Shown here: positions 1 to 14,789 of the stretch, piece by piece | Numbering within the stretch: position 1 is the first letter of the stretch | How the letters are laid out: every line of letters begins with the position of its first letter | Assembly: GCF_036321535.1 (NCBI RefSeq) | Contig: NC_087436.1 | Span: forward strand, 81,098,001 to 81,162,000 | Source of the DNA: Camelus dromedarius | Lineage: Eukaryota | Reading direction: 5' to 3' | DNA length: 64,000 bases | The notes under the pieces: generated by a model | Told to the model about the DNA's origin: nothing | Database searches by the model: none | What the model saw: the letters and a program-made list of their open reading frames with translations, nothing else | Position numbers and translations under genes: made by a program

Positions 1-399
1 GAGTTTCACTTCATTTTCTAATTTCTTAGTTTCTTTTGTATATAATAGTTGAGTTTAGCCATTTACAATATATTGATGTGATTGATATGATAATTCTGTC
101 ATGTTGTTTTACATTATGCTTTCAGTTTGTATAGGCTATTTTTTTCAATATTTGATTTTTTGGACTTGTGTTTCCTTTGAGTTGCATATATTTCTTCTAA
201 TAATATGGGAAAATTTACTTTTACATGAGGAGGTAGCTTTAAATTAGTACTTTGTATAAAATCCTTAATTCTCAATATTTTACACAATATCTGTTTACTC
301 CTTAGAAGGAGCAAAGATTATGTTGGGATATTTCTCTTGCTAGCTTTTCTTCTCCACACCCAATTTGGTTGACAATGTTGTATTTCATAATGCATACCT

Positions 400-1300
400 A
401 TATGTTGTTAAATAAACTTAAATTTCTCTATCTGATCAATTTCAAGTGATAGAGTTTTTTTTAGCTAGCTGTAAGGGAAAAGTAAATGTATGTTTGAAAA
501 TTTTTCCAATCTTTCCTCTTTCTTCTCGTGCCCATTTTGTTAGATTATTATACTGACAGGATGTATAACATTTATAAAAGTTCTGTAACCCTGCTTCCCA
601 TATGTTTTAGTTAAATAGATTCAGTGTTCACTTCAAATCATTTTGCTATGGTTTTCCCATTCTTTGCTGTTTGGCAAGTAATATTACTCAAGTCACTTCT
701 TCACGATGAGCTCATAGCAGTATTTCTTGGTTTCGTTTGTTCAAAAATATGGGTGGAAAACTGTTAGATCACATTTTATGTCTTTGTGGCCTTTGTCACC
801 ATTTTTTCTACTTTTTTTAATGTTGAATATTGTGGTGGGAAAACTGAGATCACACTGAATTTTAGCTGCTTAAAAATGATTTGATCATGACTGGCCACCC
901 AAAGAATTTTTTCTTTATCTGAAAAATGCAATAGTATGATTAGGATACATTTCATTGTGAAATGGTCTTGCTGTATAGTGTGTCTTTTGTATCCATAGAT
1001 CTAATTCTTCCTTAATTTCTGGAAAACATCCTTGTGATTTATATTTTAATATTTTGTGTGTTTCTTTGTCTGATTTCCATATTTATCGTTTTATAAAACT
1101 CAGTTAACTCTTTAAAAAATTTTTCTTTTATGTTTTCCGATGTACTGTCTTAAAATTTAGTTCACTCAAATTTTGCCTTTATTTCTCTGATGTTTTTATT
1201 TTTTCCACCCTGTTCCTGAATTTTATTAGCCTGTGATTCATCTATTTTTTGTTTTCTCACCATATGTTCTCTGACCTCTCATGTGCCCATATAAAAATCT
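400..1300 (-). mobile_element. Ancient, highly degenerate L1 (L1M/HAL1-like) fragment
   Basis: T-rich sequence with motifs typical of antisense old L1 (e.g. 'ttcttccttaatttctggaaaacatccttgtgatttata'); no intact ORF; boundaries approximate. Confidence 0.5.
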
Positions 1301-3960
1301 GGCTTATATTACTATTTAAAAGAATGAGAATATGCATATTGGGAGACAATTAGTAGTTTCTACCACAAGTAAAGACTGACTTCTACAGAGGATTTCTTTT
1401 CTTGTCCTAAGCTATATTTCACAGCACTGCAGAGCTTGGAACATTTATTGCCTAAAGCACTCCTGTTCTTTTATTGGTTAAAAGAAGAGATGCTTGGGTC
1501 AGGAGGTGTTTTCTCGCATTCTCCTGGTGCAGGTCCTCAGCACTCCATCTCAACAGATTTTACGTAATAACAGAACCTAACGTAGGTTACACAAGTTGTT
1601 AAAGGAAATACACAGTGAACCATCCTTGTGGTCTCACTGTGTTTTTATGCCTCTTATGTCACATATGTATAATGAGGACTTAGGATTCCATTTTCTGTTA
1701 ACAGGTATGCAGCCCAGCTGCCAAAATCTGCGTTGATTAATAGCAAATTAATGTCTAATAGCAGCATCTGAGAAAATGCTTGCCTCTCCAAGCTCCATTT
1801 AGCTTTGCAATTGCAATTACCTTGCGCTGTAGATTTCTTCATGGCATGAGGGTGTCATTTGCAGGTTTTTAAATGTTTAAGAATATCAGGAGTTAAAATT
1901 AGATTTAGTTTTCCCTGGTGAGATAACAGATGTTCTAGGACACTAATTACCCTAGGAACAGTATCATTTACTTAGAATTTATTAGGTTCATTAAAAAATT
2001 TTCCTTTTGGTTTTGTTCCAATGGATAGCATTTTTTTTTCTTTTATATGTGTGTTTGGCTCAAGGGAAAAATAATAATGAGCACACTGTTGTCTAGCACC
2101 TACTGTTTTCAGCTTCTAGTGAAACCTGGCTATTAAAATGCTTAGGATATGTCTACATATAGTGTTACCACACTGCCCAGACGGAAATCTTGGCACCTCT
2201 CTTATTAGCAGTTCATCTGAATGGCTGTCTATGTTTTCCTTTGCTTTTCTCACTGTCTGGCATTTCTTTGGCTGCCTCTCTAAGTCTCTTTTCCTCTTGA
2301 TGTGTATTTTTTTGGTTATCTGTCAATCTAGTAAGAAATTACACACATAGGGGAGACAGATTTTGAACGGTATTCTACTCTTCCTTGGATTATATAGGAA
2401 TGCTTAGAAAGTTACTCAGTATACATGAGTTTGACAAATCAGCACATAGTCTCGTCCTTCCTTAACAAGCATTTATTCAGTACCTTCTATGAAGTTAGAA
2501 TTGTGCTACCCTGTGCTTAAATTGGGCAGTTTCTTATAACTCTAGGCATCTGCAAGGCCCAAAAATTTTAATTCAGATTGCTCCGTGAACTGACCTTTCA
2601 CTTTATTTTGCCTTATGTAAAATACAATTTCTTGCCAAGAAGTTCGTCTAGCAGAGCAATATTTACAATCATCGACTATCTTACCTTTTACCTTCTTCTC
2701 ATTCACCAAGATTGCAGAAACGAGAATGCAATTTTAGATTAAGATCTTAGTTTTTATTCCCTTTGAATGAACAATTATAAATCAGTAGTTCAAAAGAGAT
2801 ACATTAAGAATAGTTGTGATTGTTATGTACTTCCTAAAATATTTTGGGAACCTGTTTGCTTCTCTTTAAAGTTAAGCTCTGAGTTTAAGACTCGCTCAGC
2901 AACCAGATGCCTCCGGTTCTGCTCCTGTGAATCGTCGTGGTTTTTTTTTCCTAGTAAGTGTTGCTTTGAGTTTTGTCATAGACGGGTTCTTACTTGTTTC
3001 TTCCCCAGCTACATTCTGAGAGAACACTCCCCCTTCTGAAGATACTGATTACTGTTTTTATGATTTCTTCTAGTTAAATGATTTGACATGACACTTGAGT
3101 GTAATTATGCAACTGGTGTTTTTACATGTCGTAATTAGCAATCCAGTTTAACTAAGGAATGACAAATTTCACAAATGGTTCGGTTCTCTTTCAGTCAGTG
3201 AGTTAATACTATATACTTATGTGTTTAATATGCGATGAAGAAATAAAAAGATACCAGTATTAGCAGGTTTGTTTCAAGAATTTATGAGCTCTATACTCTA
3301 AATATTCTAAAACATTCAATAAATTGGTTCTGCCTCCAATTATCACTAATATCCCTCTATTACTCCATTTTAAACTTCACCTTGGAGGCAAACTAAGGTC
3401 ATGCTAATGGTCAAATATAGGATTTTTCTGGTTCAGTTTTCTTTTACTTTTCAGGAACGTAACAATCTTCCAATGTATCTAAAGACTGGTATCTATTCTC
3501 AGAAGATGTCTACTGTGTGGTCACTGAGGTATTCCCTTCGGCTTCCAAGTCATTCTGTCAGTTTCTTCCTCTCCCTCTCCTCATTGCTTCACCTCCTACA
3601 TTAATTCTTTCAGATGCCCACAAAGGGCACTGTGGTTCAAACGCTTAAGCATCAGTACCACTCCTGATACCTAGTGGGGTTGGACTCAACCTGTGTCGCT
3701 AGGACACTCCGATCCTCAGTAAAATTACCAATGCCACTTCCTTCAGGTTTTATTCTTTTTTCATTGCTGCCTTTGTTCTGTATCTCAGGTTTGAGTGCAT
3801 AAGGCAAAAGACCTTTTCAGTGACAGACCCTCAGATACTCAGAATTATTACTTCTCCCTGACTCTTATCTACTTTCCTTGAAAAGGGTATTTTCTTCTCC
3901 TATAATTCAAACAAGCATAACCTACACTTTATATATCCTTATGGTCTAACTAGACATGCC

Positions 3961-3962
<2 letters not shown>

Positions 3963-4010
<48 letters not shown>
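3963..4010. repeat. (TATC)12 tetranucleotide microsatellite
   Basis: Twelve perfect TATC units read directly. Confidence 0.97.
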
Positions 4011-4271
4011 ATAATCATACTTCAGATCCACTAGCAAAGAAATTGAACTGAGCCAATAGTATAGTCCAAAGATCTTTCACATCAACTTCCTGGTCTCTAC
4101 AACTCCAAATTTGACAACAAATAAGTGGGTGATATGAAGAGTAGAACTTTTGGGTTAATTGATATGCCATTAGGTATTCATTCAGCTTCACTGTTTTTTG
4201 GTTTTTTTAAACATACGTTTGCCTTCCAGGTTTTCCCCAGTAATAGATTCCAGTATCTTGATATGCATTGT

Positions 4272-4575
4272 CAGTAGCCACACATGGTAACCACTGACCA
4301 CATGTAGCTATTGAGCACTTGAAGTGTGATTAATCTGAATGGAGATGTACTCTATGTATAAAAGACACTTGATTTCAAAAACTTTGTACTGAGAAAAAGA
4401 ATGTAAAATATCTCTAATATTTTCAACATATGTTGAAATGAGAATGTCTATGATCTAGTAAGTAAAATGGATAATTAACATTAATGTCACCTGTTTCTTT
4501 TTACCTTTATTGATGTAAGTACTAGATGATGCTAAATTAAATATTTGGCTCATGTATTTCTATTGGACAGTGCTG
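4272..4575 (-). mobile_element. MER33-like hAT-Charlie DNA transposon
   Basis: Contains 'ccacatgtagctattgagcacttgaa' and ends 'tatttctattggacagtgctg', the reverse complement of the recalled MER33 start. Confidence 0.85.
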
Positions 4576-6649
4576 ATCTAGATCAAAGAGATATTTGAGG
4601 TTGTTCTTTAAAATAGGAACAGGTATTAACATAGAACACTATTGCTAAGAACTAGGACTATGGTTTACATTCCTATGAGGCTTTATCCAAAATCTACACT
4701 CCCTTTGTTTCACCTCCCGAGCAGAAACTTCTACACTACACACCATCTCAGTCACACCACACTCTCGTCCCGATCTAAATCCCTAGTAACCAGCACCAGG
4801 GCAGGCCAGGAGTGCGGCGTAGCTTTGTAATAACTTGCCTCATCTCCACCCTCTTCTCACCAACTGGGACAATCTTGCACGTTCAAAGCTCTAGCTTAGC
4901 CCTGATTTAAGAAGAACTACAGCAGTGATTTAGTTAGAGAAGTAATTTTGAACTAGTCTTCTGATACTTTATTTTAGAGCCAAATACCACATTTAATAAT
5001 GTTCATTAGACTTGCACATGTAATATGATACAACTGCTTCTGAGTAAGATTCTGCTTGACTTAGTGGTTTTAATTCAGCTGTTTCAATGAATTAGAGAAG
5101 AGCCTCGTGCAATTTAATATTCTTCTTTCTTAACACTTTTTGGCACCACTTGAAAAACTAAAGGGATGCGTTCTTCAACTGACCTGTGACTTCTTTAGAC
5201 ATTCTAATGGTTATGGGAAAAGAAATTCTCTAAGTGGTACCAGCTTATTTTAAACCTGAAGAAAACTCCGTGACAGTCAATTTAACAATACAGAAGTGTG
5301 TGGGGGTTTTTTTCCCCTTTTTCTTCCTCACTAGTATGAACATCAATTTTAATTTTATCTGTGTGTGTATATGTGTGTTCTCACAATATATGGGACACCT
5401 TGTTCAACTGGATCAGTGAGAACAAGGAGTCTCCTGAAGCTTCTTATTTAAACTTAAATTACAATTGGCATTTAATTACTAGTGTATCTACCATAGGCAG
5501 TTATGGGATATCCTCTGCCTACTTGATATTTGCTACTGAAAACCCTCTTCTTTAGGTTAAAATTATAAAGATAAATAATTCCCTTAAGGAGAGACTGTTG
5601 ATAAAATCACTGGTGAGTTCAAGGCAAGAACCTAATGCTGTTGGTTCATTTCGTTAGGTCTTGACTCTAGTCATTGACGAGGTGCTAACTTTCCGAATCC
5701 CCTTACCACTTCTTACTCAGGACTTCTGTTATTCCAGGTGGACGTGAAGCTGAAGAAGGAAGGCAGCATCATTTTTAGATAGTTGTTTCTAACATCTATC
5801 TAATGAAATGGCAGTCAGCTTTATGATTCAATACTGCACATTTCTATTCTTGTTGATTATTTCTCAACTTGCCTGGGGGTCACCCAGAAGAGAGGAATGG
5901 TGCCCATGGAGTTGAGACTCAGACATGATCCCTATTATCTTTAATTGGAGACTTAGATATACTCTATTTCTCACTCAGCAGCTTTGGGACAGATTGACTA
6001 CTGAAAATCCAGAACCATGTTCTGTTTCAGTAAATTCTGGAATCTCAGTGCTTTGAAAGAATCTGTGACCAATATGGCTAGTGTTATTCTGAGTTACATT
6101 GAAAAGAAATCATCCAGAGGCTATAGAAGCAAAGGCACCTGACCTAAATCTCAGGCAAAGGCAGGAACAAGAAGAGAATTCTTTATACCCTGTCCAGTAT
6201 TCAATAAAAGTAAATAGATAATGAGCTCTCAAAATTGGCTCCAAGACATTTGCATAGTGTAATCAGGAAAATAACTGCTACTGTGTCTTTTGAATCAGTC
6301 AAAAACAAATAACCTTAAAAAGACTTTCTGTGATGTCTTTTGATTAATATTTAGTTCACAAAAATAATTTATTTAACAAGTCATATTAAATTCATGTATC
6401 TATTTATTGGAGTAAGTCATTTTCAAAAAAGGAAAAATTGACCATTGTGTTCATTAAGCAGTTACAAAATTAGGAATTTACCAAGATTCGTACAGATTTT
6501 AGTGCAGCTGTGTTATCAGCATCAATGCCGCATAGAAGACAAGGCTAATATGTTATGGGACAAGCTGAAAAAAAAGTCAGAAATATCGCTCAATTTGCTA
6601 ATTACTAAGAAAAATGGCAAATTACTAGGAAATAAAGCAGTTCCTTTGC

Positions 6650-7261
6650 ATTAACCATGGCTTTTTATTTTCTGCATTGTGATGCTTTGACCTCAGGCGC
6701 CTTGCCGATCCTGGAGGGCCAGCCCTTCAATGGATTAGCCAGTTTCTCAAGTTGGTAAAGGATTTTCCCTGGAGCACTCCTTTCAAATGCAAACAAACCA
6801 ATCTGCAGCCACACCCCCAACCACCTCCTCCGTGGCAATCTTAGACCTCCTCCAAGGGACTCTTAAACTTTAAGCTACTATCCACTTGCCCTCATCATCC
6901 CAGGGCCAGATACCAGACAACCTCTGACAGGCATTATACACCAAAGCCTGCTGAAATTATTCAAATGAGCCAATCCTAAACCTCCTTTTAGTGCCTCTCT
7001 CATTCCTTCCCACGGAAACACAGTAAAGGCTCTTGCCCTCATCTCCCCAGCTTCTCCCATCCCACTCCCTCTGCCTTCTGACCAGCCCTGGTGCTGGTCC
7101 CCCACCTCTGTGTGTGCCCCCTTCCCCACCATGGTGTGGCATACCCTGCCCCTTCCTCCTGGGATCTGTGAGTGTGACAGACTGTCTTTGCAACTGCAGT
7201 GATCTCCTGATCTGTTAGCCTTGCCATACCTAAATAACAATAAAACCTATATTTTAAAACA
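6650..7261 (+). mobile_element. MER74-like ERVL solo LTR
   Basis: Starts near 'tgtgatgctttgacctcaggcgccttgccgatcctggag' and ends 'gatctgttagccttgccatacctaaataacaataaaacctatattttaaaaca', like the recalled MER74 consensus. Confidence 0.75.
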
Positions 7262-7311
7262 TCTTACTTCAGTGTTTTAATGTGGACCATAAGAATTTTT
7301 ATGATATACTT

Positions 7312-7435
7312 TTATGTTTATTTAACAAATATTTATTGAGCCCCTACTAAGTCTAAGACTAGGCTAAGTTTCATACTGCTGTTCAAGATCAGGAAGACAT
7401 AGTTCTGTCCCTCAGAGAATTTATAATTTAGTTGT
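7312..7435 (-). mobile_element. L2 3' end fragment
   Basis: 'tttaacaaatatttattgagcccctacta...tgtccctcagagaatttataatttag'. Confidence 0.7.
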
Positions 7436-7847
7436 GACTAATTCTTTCTTCAATGAAATGAAAGAGTAGTGATTATTTAAAATGTAATTGTCACCTATTT
7501 TTATATTCACTATATCTCTTGATGTATTTATCTCTTTGCATTTGCATAAGTACAGTCAGGATTTGATTATCTGACACAAACAAAGGGCCACAGAGTCATG
7601 TATATCAATTGAGGGATAATTTTAAAATAATGATATTAAAAATGTTTATTTTGATTGAATTATAGTAACGTATTTTGCTTATATTCTATAGTTGAGGCCA
7701 CAGGGTAAATCAAGAATGCAAATAGAGGTCACTGCTAAACTCAGAAGAAATTTAATAACTTCCTATTTTACCTTCCATGCTCCTGAGGAATCTTCCTTTC
7801 CTTTCGCAGATGGAATGCAAAAGATGAGCCATTTTAACTTTATATTC

Positions 7848-8247
7848 TGTATTAGTTTTCTGGGGCTGTCATAACAAAGTGCGACAGACTGTGCAGCTTA
7901 AACTACAGAAATTTGTTTTCTCACTGTTCTAGCACGTAGGAGTCTGAGATCAGGTGCTAGCAAGGTTGTTTCCCTCTGAGGCTTGTGAAGCGGACCCTGT
8001 GCCGTGCCTGTCATTGGATGTAGGAGGCCGTCTCTGCCCTGTCTTCACATGCTCTTCCCTCTGTATGTGCCTGTGTCCAGATGTCCTCTTCTTGAAAGGA
8101 TACCAGTCTGCTGGGTTAGGGCCCTCCCTAATGACCTTTTTTAATGCAATACTCTTTTTAAAGATCCAATCTCTAAATGCAATCAAGTTCTGAGGTATAG
8201 GACAGCTACATGAATTTTTGGGGAGTGACACAATTCAGCTCATAAGA
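7848..8247 (-). mobile_element. MLT1 (MLT1B-like) ERVL-MaLR solo LTR with 5-bp TSD
   Basis: 'tgtattagttttctggggctgtcataacaaag...gacacaattcagctcataaga'; TATTC on both sides (7843-7847 and 8248-8252). Confidence 0.9.
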
Positions 8248-8494
8248 TATTCCATACCTAGTTGTTGATCTGAATGTAAGAAGTAAACCTCAGTTTTTAC
8301 TTATCTTTTTGGTTTGTGCTCTGTCTCAGACTGCACTGAGTTTAAGAAAAATAAAAATCTTAGCAATATAAGCTGGTAAATGCCAGTTTCTTCTCTTCCT
8401 CCTCCTCATCCTCTTTCTTCTTCTTAAAAGAGAGAGGTGCATAAGAACTACTTGATAATCAGCAGATGTTAGTATAATTATTACCTTAGGAAGT

Positions 8495-8675
8495 TAGCTT
8501 TGTTTAATGGAAAAAATATCGTATTAGATTAAGAGATCTAAGTTTGACTTCATCACTAACTAGTTTCATCTGTTAAGCAAGCTTTTTAATGACTTTGGCT
8601 GTATTTGAAAACAAAAAACTGTACCAGATTGCATCTAAGACCTCTTTTAGCTTTAACAGCCTATAATTTTCTGAT
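8495..8675 (+). mobile_element. MIR/MIR3-like SINE remnant
   Basis: Degenerate head plus tail 'tctaagacctcttttagctttaacagcctataattttctga'. Confidence 0.5.
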
Positions 8676-11189
8676 AATGGTGATAGTGTCATTTTTCTTT
8701 ACAGTCATTTGTCAAATGGATAACTTATTTCCATAGGAAATTTATTCTCTAGATAAATTAGAGATGACTAAGCCAATATAATTTATTATCGTAATCTTTA
8801 TTTGATATTAAAATAATTGTTGGCATTGCAGGGATGATATGGGGCTTGAAGAAATACTAATTAATGATGATGATGCATGCATATAGCATCTCACAGATAA
8901 ACAATGTAAGCTTTTAAATAATATATACAAGCACCTTCTATTGCTTTTTTGTAGTTAACTTTTCTTTGAAGAAATATTGCAGGACTGTGTGTAGCATTCA
9001 TTTTACTCTATACGACAATTATGTATGGATTTTTGCAAGATCTGACAAAATCTCATTAAATTGTCACAGTTCCACTTAGTAAATAGGAACTCGTGAGCTA
9101 CCAAACTGGATGATGGCAAGAGGAATGAGAAACTTACTTCCTACACTTTGTGTAAAGATCAGGTCTTATAATGATGGTCATGAAAATGATCTGTTACTTT
9201 AAAAAGATTGACCATTAAAAGTAAAAGTAACCTAGATAATAAAATTACATGTAAGCAGATTTCTCTTAGATGAATTCTAGTTATGGTCAGTGGGCATCTG
9301 CTTATTTTTATGCTTTAGTGTTTGTTTTGTTTGTAGCTTAAGATTAAAATTCCAGACAGTCTAATAACAGAGTAAGTCTATCATTTAAAACAAATGCCTT
9401 AAACAAAATTTCCATATAACAAAATTATTTTCATGCTCTAATTATTGGCACATTTAATTTAAACACTATTTTATAAACTAAATGGCCCTAAATCACTTTT
9501 CCTTGGGCTCTGATTTTTTTAAACAAAAATATTGACTGCACACAACATTTATATCATTGCTCTATGGACAAAAATGAGAGTCTGTATGATAATCAAGAGG
9601 GAGGGTGAAGGGTAAGTTTTGGATAGAAAGAAAATGGTCTATAGGTAGAAATATATGAATATTTACCTTAATACTAGAAAATCCCTTCTGAATGTAAAAG
9701 TAGTCTTTGTATAAGATAGACTGACTTCCAAAAAGTAGGTGTCTGTGCTGTAACACTGGGAAATGGACATCAAACACGTGTGCTCTCTTGTGCTCAGTGT
9801 TTTTGCCTAGTAAATTTCATTTTAAACCTTAAAAAAAAAACACACATTGGAAAAAACATGTAAACTCTCAGTAAGTATTTCTCATAGACTTTTTTATAGC
9901 ATGAATTTTGAGGCCCGTGAGAAGAAACTGATAATCCCGCTGAGAGTGTTTTGAAGAATCTGTATAAGACAAATTTTAAATGGCTTTGAAATAATCAGCC
10001 TCATTCTATGGAGATTTCAAAATATATTGTGAATCTGTATTACAGAAGAATCTCTTAATGTTTGATTGCTTATATAGTATATTAAACTGTAGATGTTAGT
10101 TCTATCTCATTAAATGCACATTTTCAAAGGTTTCCATTTAATCGATGCAAAATCATTAAGGTGTGGAAAATGATACACTGCAAATACCTGCCTTTTGTTC
10201 AATTTTCTGTTCTTTTTGGTAATATGAATTTGAAAGAAGTCTGTACTATTATTTCTTATCCTAGTTCAACTGTGAGCTAAAATCTTTATTTCTCTTTGCT
10301 TCACAAGTCATTTTTCAAAGAAAAATTAGAACAATTTCATTTTAGGATTAAATGACTAAAAATTCATTGACCACTTAATAAATTAGGTGCAAATGCCACT
10401 ATTTGACTAGTTTATAATTTTTAAATATCATGCACTTTTTTGTAATCTCTGATTTATTTGTCTTCAATGTACACTAGTTAGTTGCTGCAAAAATATATGG
10501 GAACAAGTAGACAGTGACTGGCCATATTGCAATACAGTTTAGAGTCTTGTTGGGGAAATGAGGTTGTTTGCTATAGTTGTGACTGGATTTTTATTCAACC
10601 AGTATTTGTAAAAAATGTATCATTAGTAAAGCTTTGTATTCAGATTTATGTAGCATGCAATGTTTATGTAAAATACATTGAACTTGCCATGTAAGTATTT
10701 TTAACTCAGTGGAAGAGAGAGACATACATAAAAATCTGGTAAGTCAGGCAATCTGGTTGAGAGTATAAAGGCGAGAGAAATGACTAACTGAAATTGAGGA
10801 ATTGGGAAGAACTTGCCTGATAGCAGGATTAGAGCTAAAAATTTACATTCAAAGGCCATTTCTCTAGTAATGGAAGCGACAGTGGGGTAGGGGGAGATGG
10901 GCAATCTATTTAGCTCCAAGTTCCCAAGATTCACTGAGCAGGGTAAGAAACAACCGTGAAATTGGATTTAGTTGTTATAATTAACATTTTATGACATGTA
11001 CTTTGCATAATCTCTACTGAATTAGAGATAGATGTCACACACAGCCAAATCATAGCAAAATAGCAAATTGGGCAAAATTACCCAACATTCTTCTGCTTTT
11101 CCTCTTGGTGTCCCTTAGCTGAGTTTGGCATCTAACACCCACGTCCAGCTGTGGTGAGCTTCCTCCGTATTCACCATGTGTCGTAGTAA

Positions 11190-11385
11190 CTGTGCACGTT
11201 TGAGGGCCAAACGACCAGGAGTTGAAGTCCAGTCCTAGCTCACCTCTCACGAGGGAGCAACAGTGAACAGGTTATTTAAGCACTCGTCACTTTATTATTT
11301 CACATATAGAGTTAACAGGAAAAAGAATACTTACCTCAAAGAATAAAATCCAATGATGGTTGTAGAAATGTGTTATAATCGTAAT
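11190..11385 (+). mobile_element. MIR SINE
   Basis: Degenerate MIR head and core ('agtcctagctcacc...ggttatttaa...atacttacctca'). Confidence 0.6.
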
Positions 11386-11479
11386 GACTATATACACATT
11401 GATGATAAGGATGTTGCCCACCATAGCGGTGGTGGTTGGTACGATGACGGTGCGCTGAGTACTCAGATGTCAGGTGTCA

Positions 11480-11695
11480 GTGGTCCTTGCTCAGATGTCA
11501 TCTTCTCAGTGAATTTGATCAGACCAACCTTTTAAAAATTGCGGTCCTCTTTCTGCAACTGCACTCCATCAATTTCTGCTTTATTTTGTCTGTGGAACTT
11601 AACACCACCTGTTATACTATACATTTTACTTATTCATTTCATATGTTTTCCCCAAGTAGAGTGTAAGCTCTGCGAGGGAAAGGATGTGACTCTAC
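11480..11695 (+). mobile_element. L2 3' end fragment
   Basis: 'ctcagatgtcatcttctcagtga...tagagtgtaagctctgcgagggaaagga'. Confidence 0.75.
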
Positions 11696-13009
11696 CTTAC
11701 ATAAAAAAAAGTGATTGATGTTGTTTGGATATTTTTTGATAGAATAAATGCCTAAATGCCCCTAGGTAAGTCAGCTAATGTAGTCAGCTAAATATGCTTC
11801 ATGCTGACTTGCTAATATCTATCCTAGGCAATATGTATGCATTTACGGATTATCTCCAGATGTTATTCTGAAGGTAGGAACTCCTGATCCCATGCCATGT
11901 GGAAGAAGGATAGGTCAAGTTTTGTCAGTTGTGTCTCACAGAGGTCCCTGAAAAGTCCTGAGACAAGGTACCTCTCTCTCTGCCACTCTGACATCCTATT
12001 GCATGGTGCATATTATTCTAAGATACTCAATTATAGTTATAAAAATTGGTTTAATATATTTAGCACTGAACTGAGTTTGAGGCACATGGGCACATCAATC
12101 GCATAAAACTAGCTTAGGAACAAATAAAAAGGTTCACACAGGTAAAAAGTACTGCAGTGTGTGTCCTGTGAGAACACAGATGACAGGAATATCTAAATAT
12201 ATATTCTACACTGGGGTTTTGCAAATGGATGCACTAGATTCATTCCACTCAAAACTGATGGCAGAACGGACAACTTTAAAACAATCAAGACCAAAGATGT
12301 AACATGGTCATTCACTGTCGTAAATCATAAAACCAAATACATACATAATGGAAATGGAAACTATTATTTGTGTCCTCTGAGTTTCTAATAGGAAGGTTTT
12401 CAGTCAAGATGTAGCTTGTGATTTATGAACTAGAAAAATAAATTATGTCTCAGCTTGTGAAATTCCTACTGGTTTGATATATTTTAATTATTTTCAAAAA
12501 ATTAGTTTTCTTTTTCTTTCTGGAAATGTAGTCACCCTTGTCCCCTAGAACTTAATTATTCTGCCCTTGGGGGAGCTTCCCAATATCTGTCACTCACTTT
12601 CCTTGTGTAAAGCATGTTGATATTTTAATAGTATACCCAGTTACAATGCCCTACAATAAAACATATTAAAATTTTACATTAAAAAATTGCCGAGAGAAAT
12701 TAACCTTCCTAGAAGGAGTTTACAACTATGTCATATACATGCATTCAGAACTCTGGATTATGAAAAATATTATATTTTATATTCTATTTCTGAAATAAAT
12801 AGAAATGAAATAGAATAGGAATAGAAAATAAAATGCTAAAAATGGCTGCAAATGACCTAGGGACTTTCTGTGTGGTGCACTTTAATTCAGCAGTATTTAC
12901 TACATGTCTAGGTCATGACTGGCACTCTACATTTTATGAGAACAATCCAATTTCTTTGTCATAGAATGACTTTAATTCAGTAGCCAAATCCCCTAATCTT
13001 GACTGTCTC

Positions 13010-13220
13010 ATTTAGCATACTAACCAGGCATTGTGCTTTTAAATACATTATCATAGTTAATAGTCATAACAGTCCTGTGGGGATATATATGACCATATTA
13101 GAGCCAAGGAAACAGTCCCAGAGGTGCTGAATTTTTAGATGAAATTCTCACAACTATTAATGGCACAACCAGAATTCAAACCCAGACATTCTGATTCTAA
13201 CTCTAGGGCTTATTCTAGTC
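13010..13220 (-). mobile_element. MIR SINE
   Basis: 'ccaggcattgtgct...aaggaaacag...ccagaattcaaacccagacattctgattcta'. Confidence 0.75.
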
Positions 13221-13619
13221 AAGTGCAGCCCTCTTCCTTAATGACTTGGTATTCTTTCTGGCATTGAATATAATGTGAACTATTCTTTTGTTACTTGGTA
13301 TCCAGATTGCTTTAATTCATGGTTAATAAATTATTGATCCATATAATTGTCTGTCATAGACATGCTGATCCATAGAACTTGAGACTTATTCTCAAAATTT
13401 GATATAATCTAATTGTGCAGCAAGGCCAGTCCAACAAAACCAGAACAAATTTTCTGACAGTCTGTTCATCTTTCTTCTTTCCTCATTCATTGGACAAGCA
13501 TTGAAGTATGTGTGGACTATCTTCCAACACTGTGTGATATCTTGCAAATATTCAGTAGCCTCCTCAACAAAGAAAAGAATTCCTTTGTATTTCTTTGATA
13601 TTCATTAGACTATATAGGG

Positions 13620-13785
13620 CTTTTAAATGCTAGGCATTGTTTTCCTCTTCTTACATGTGAGAAAATTGAAGCTTAAAGATATCAAAGCAGTCATTGACGG
13701 TCATGTGGTTAGCAATAGAGGAAAAAAGGACCAATAAATCCAGACTTTTTGGCTCCAAATCTTATAGTCTTTCCACTACACTAAC
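13620..13785 (-). mobile_element. MIR SINE
   Basis: 'ttacatgtgagaaaattgaagcttaaag...ctccaaatcttatagtctttccactacac'. Confidence 0.7.
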
Positions 13786-14189
13786 TCCCATGTTTCTTAC
13801 TTACATAATCAAAGGCATTATACTCAGCCATATAGTGTAAATAAAAGAAGTAAATGGTCTTTGCCTAATGCTATCCAGCAGTGATTTGGGGGTAAAATAA
13901 TCCATATTTTTCCTTAGAAGCCTGTGCCATGAGAGATGTTGTTACCAATAAAGCAAAAGATGATGGATTTTAGAAGCGAACCATTTAGCAGAATAATCAA
14001 TACAATTTATAGGTTATTTAGGTGTCACCATCGGAAGCTAGGACAGACTTAGGCAAAGTGTTAGAAAAGTCAGTTCAATAATTTTCAAGCAAAAGCATCA
14101 GAAGACAAAAGAATTACCTCAGAGAAATGATCAATTATTTCATTCTTTTGTTCTTTCAATACTGAATATGTATTTAGTATGTTGCTAAC

Positions 14190-14400
14190 AGCAGATTCCT
14201 TGGGTCTGAGACCCAGGTTTATCACTAGCTGAATGAAAACTTGGTCAGCAGTCTCTGAGCTTCCAGTGTTCTCGTCTGTACAATGGGGATGATAAGAGTG
14301 TCCGTCTCACTGGGCTGATGTGCCCAATCCTCTCATCAACCAATGAGTGAATATACATCAAGTACCTAGAAGAGTGCCTGGCTCCTGCAGTAAACCTTGT
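14190..14400 (+). mobile_element. MIR SINE
   Basis: Core 'tctctgagcttccagtgttctcgtctgtacaatggggatgataa' and tail 'tagaagagtgcctggc'. Confidence 0.8.
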
Positions 14401-14789
14401 ATAAGCTCATTTTGCTTAAGGTATTGTAATATAATAATCGTTATTGTTCATACTATACATGATGAATTATGTAAATATAACAATGAATAAGAAGTAGTCC
14501 CTACACTCTATATTTATACTAAAACTAAGGAGGTAAGCCCTGCGTCACAGAAGACTGTGGAGGTAGAGTTACAACTGAGAAGATGAATATTGTGAAAGGT
14601 TTGATCCTTAAGGAGGCTTTTCTGCTAACAGACATAAATAATCCTAGATCAAGCTCTTCAGTCAAGTGCAGTTTGAGCATTAACAATTAGCCATGAAGTT
14701 ACGAATTTCCTCAAAGAATCTAAATAAGAAGTCTAAGCTTATAGATAATATGCTTCCTTGGACTGACTTTAGATGGGATGAGTATTAAC

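Noticed and set aside
5625..5663. Small stem-loop as a pre-miRNA
   Set aside because: The stem is only about 12 bp with a bulge, too short for a Drosha substrate
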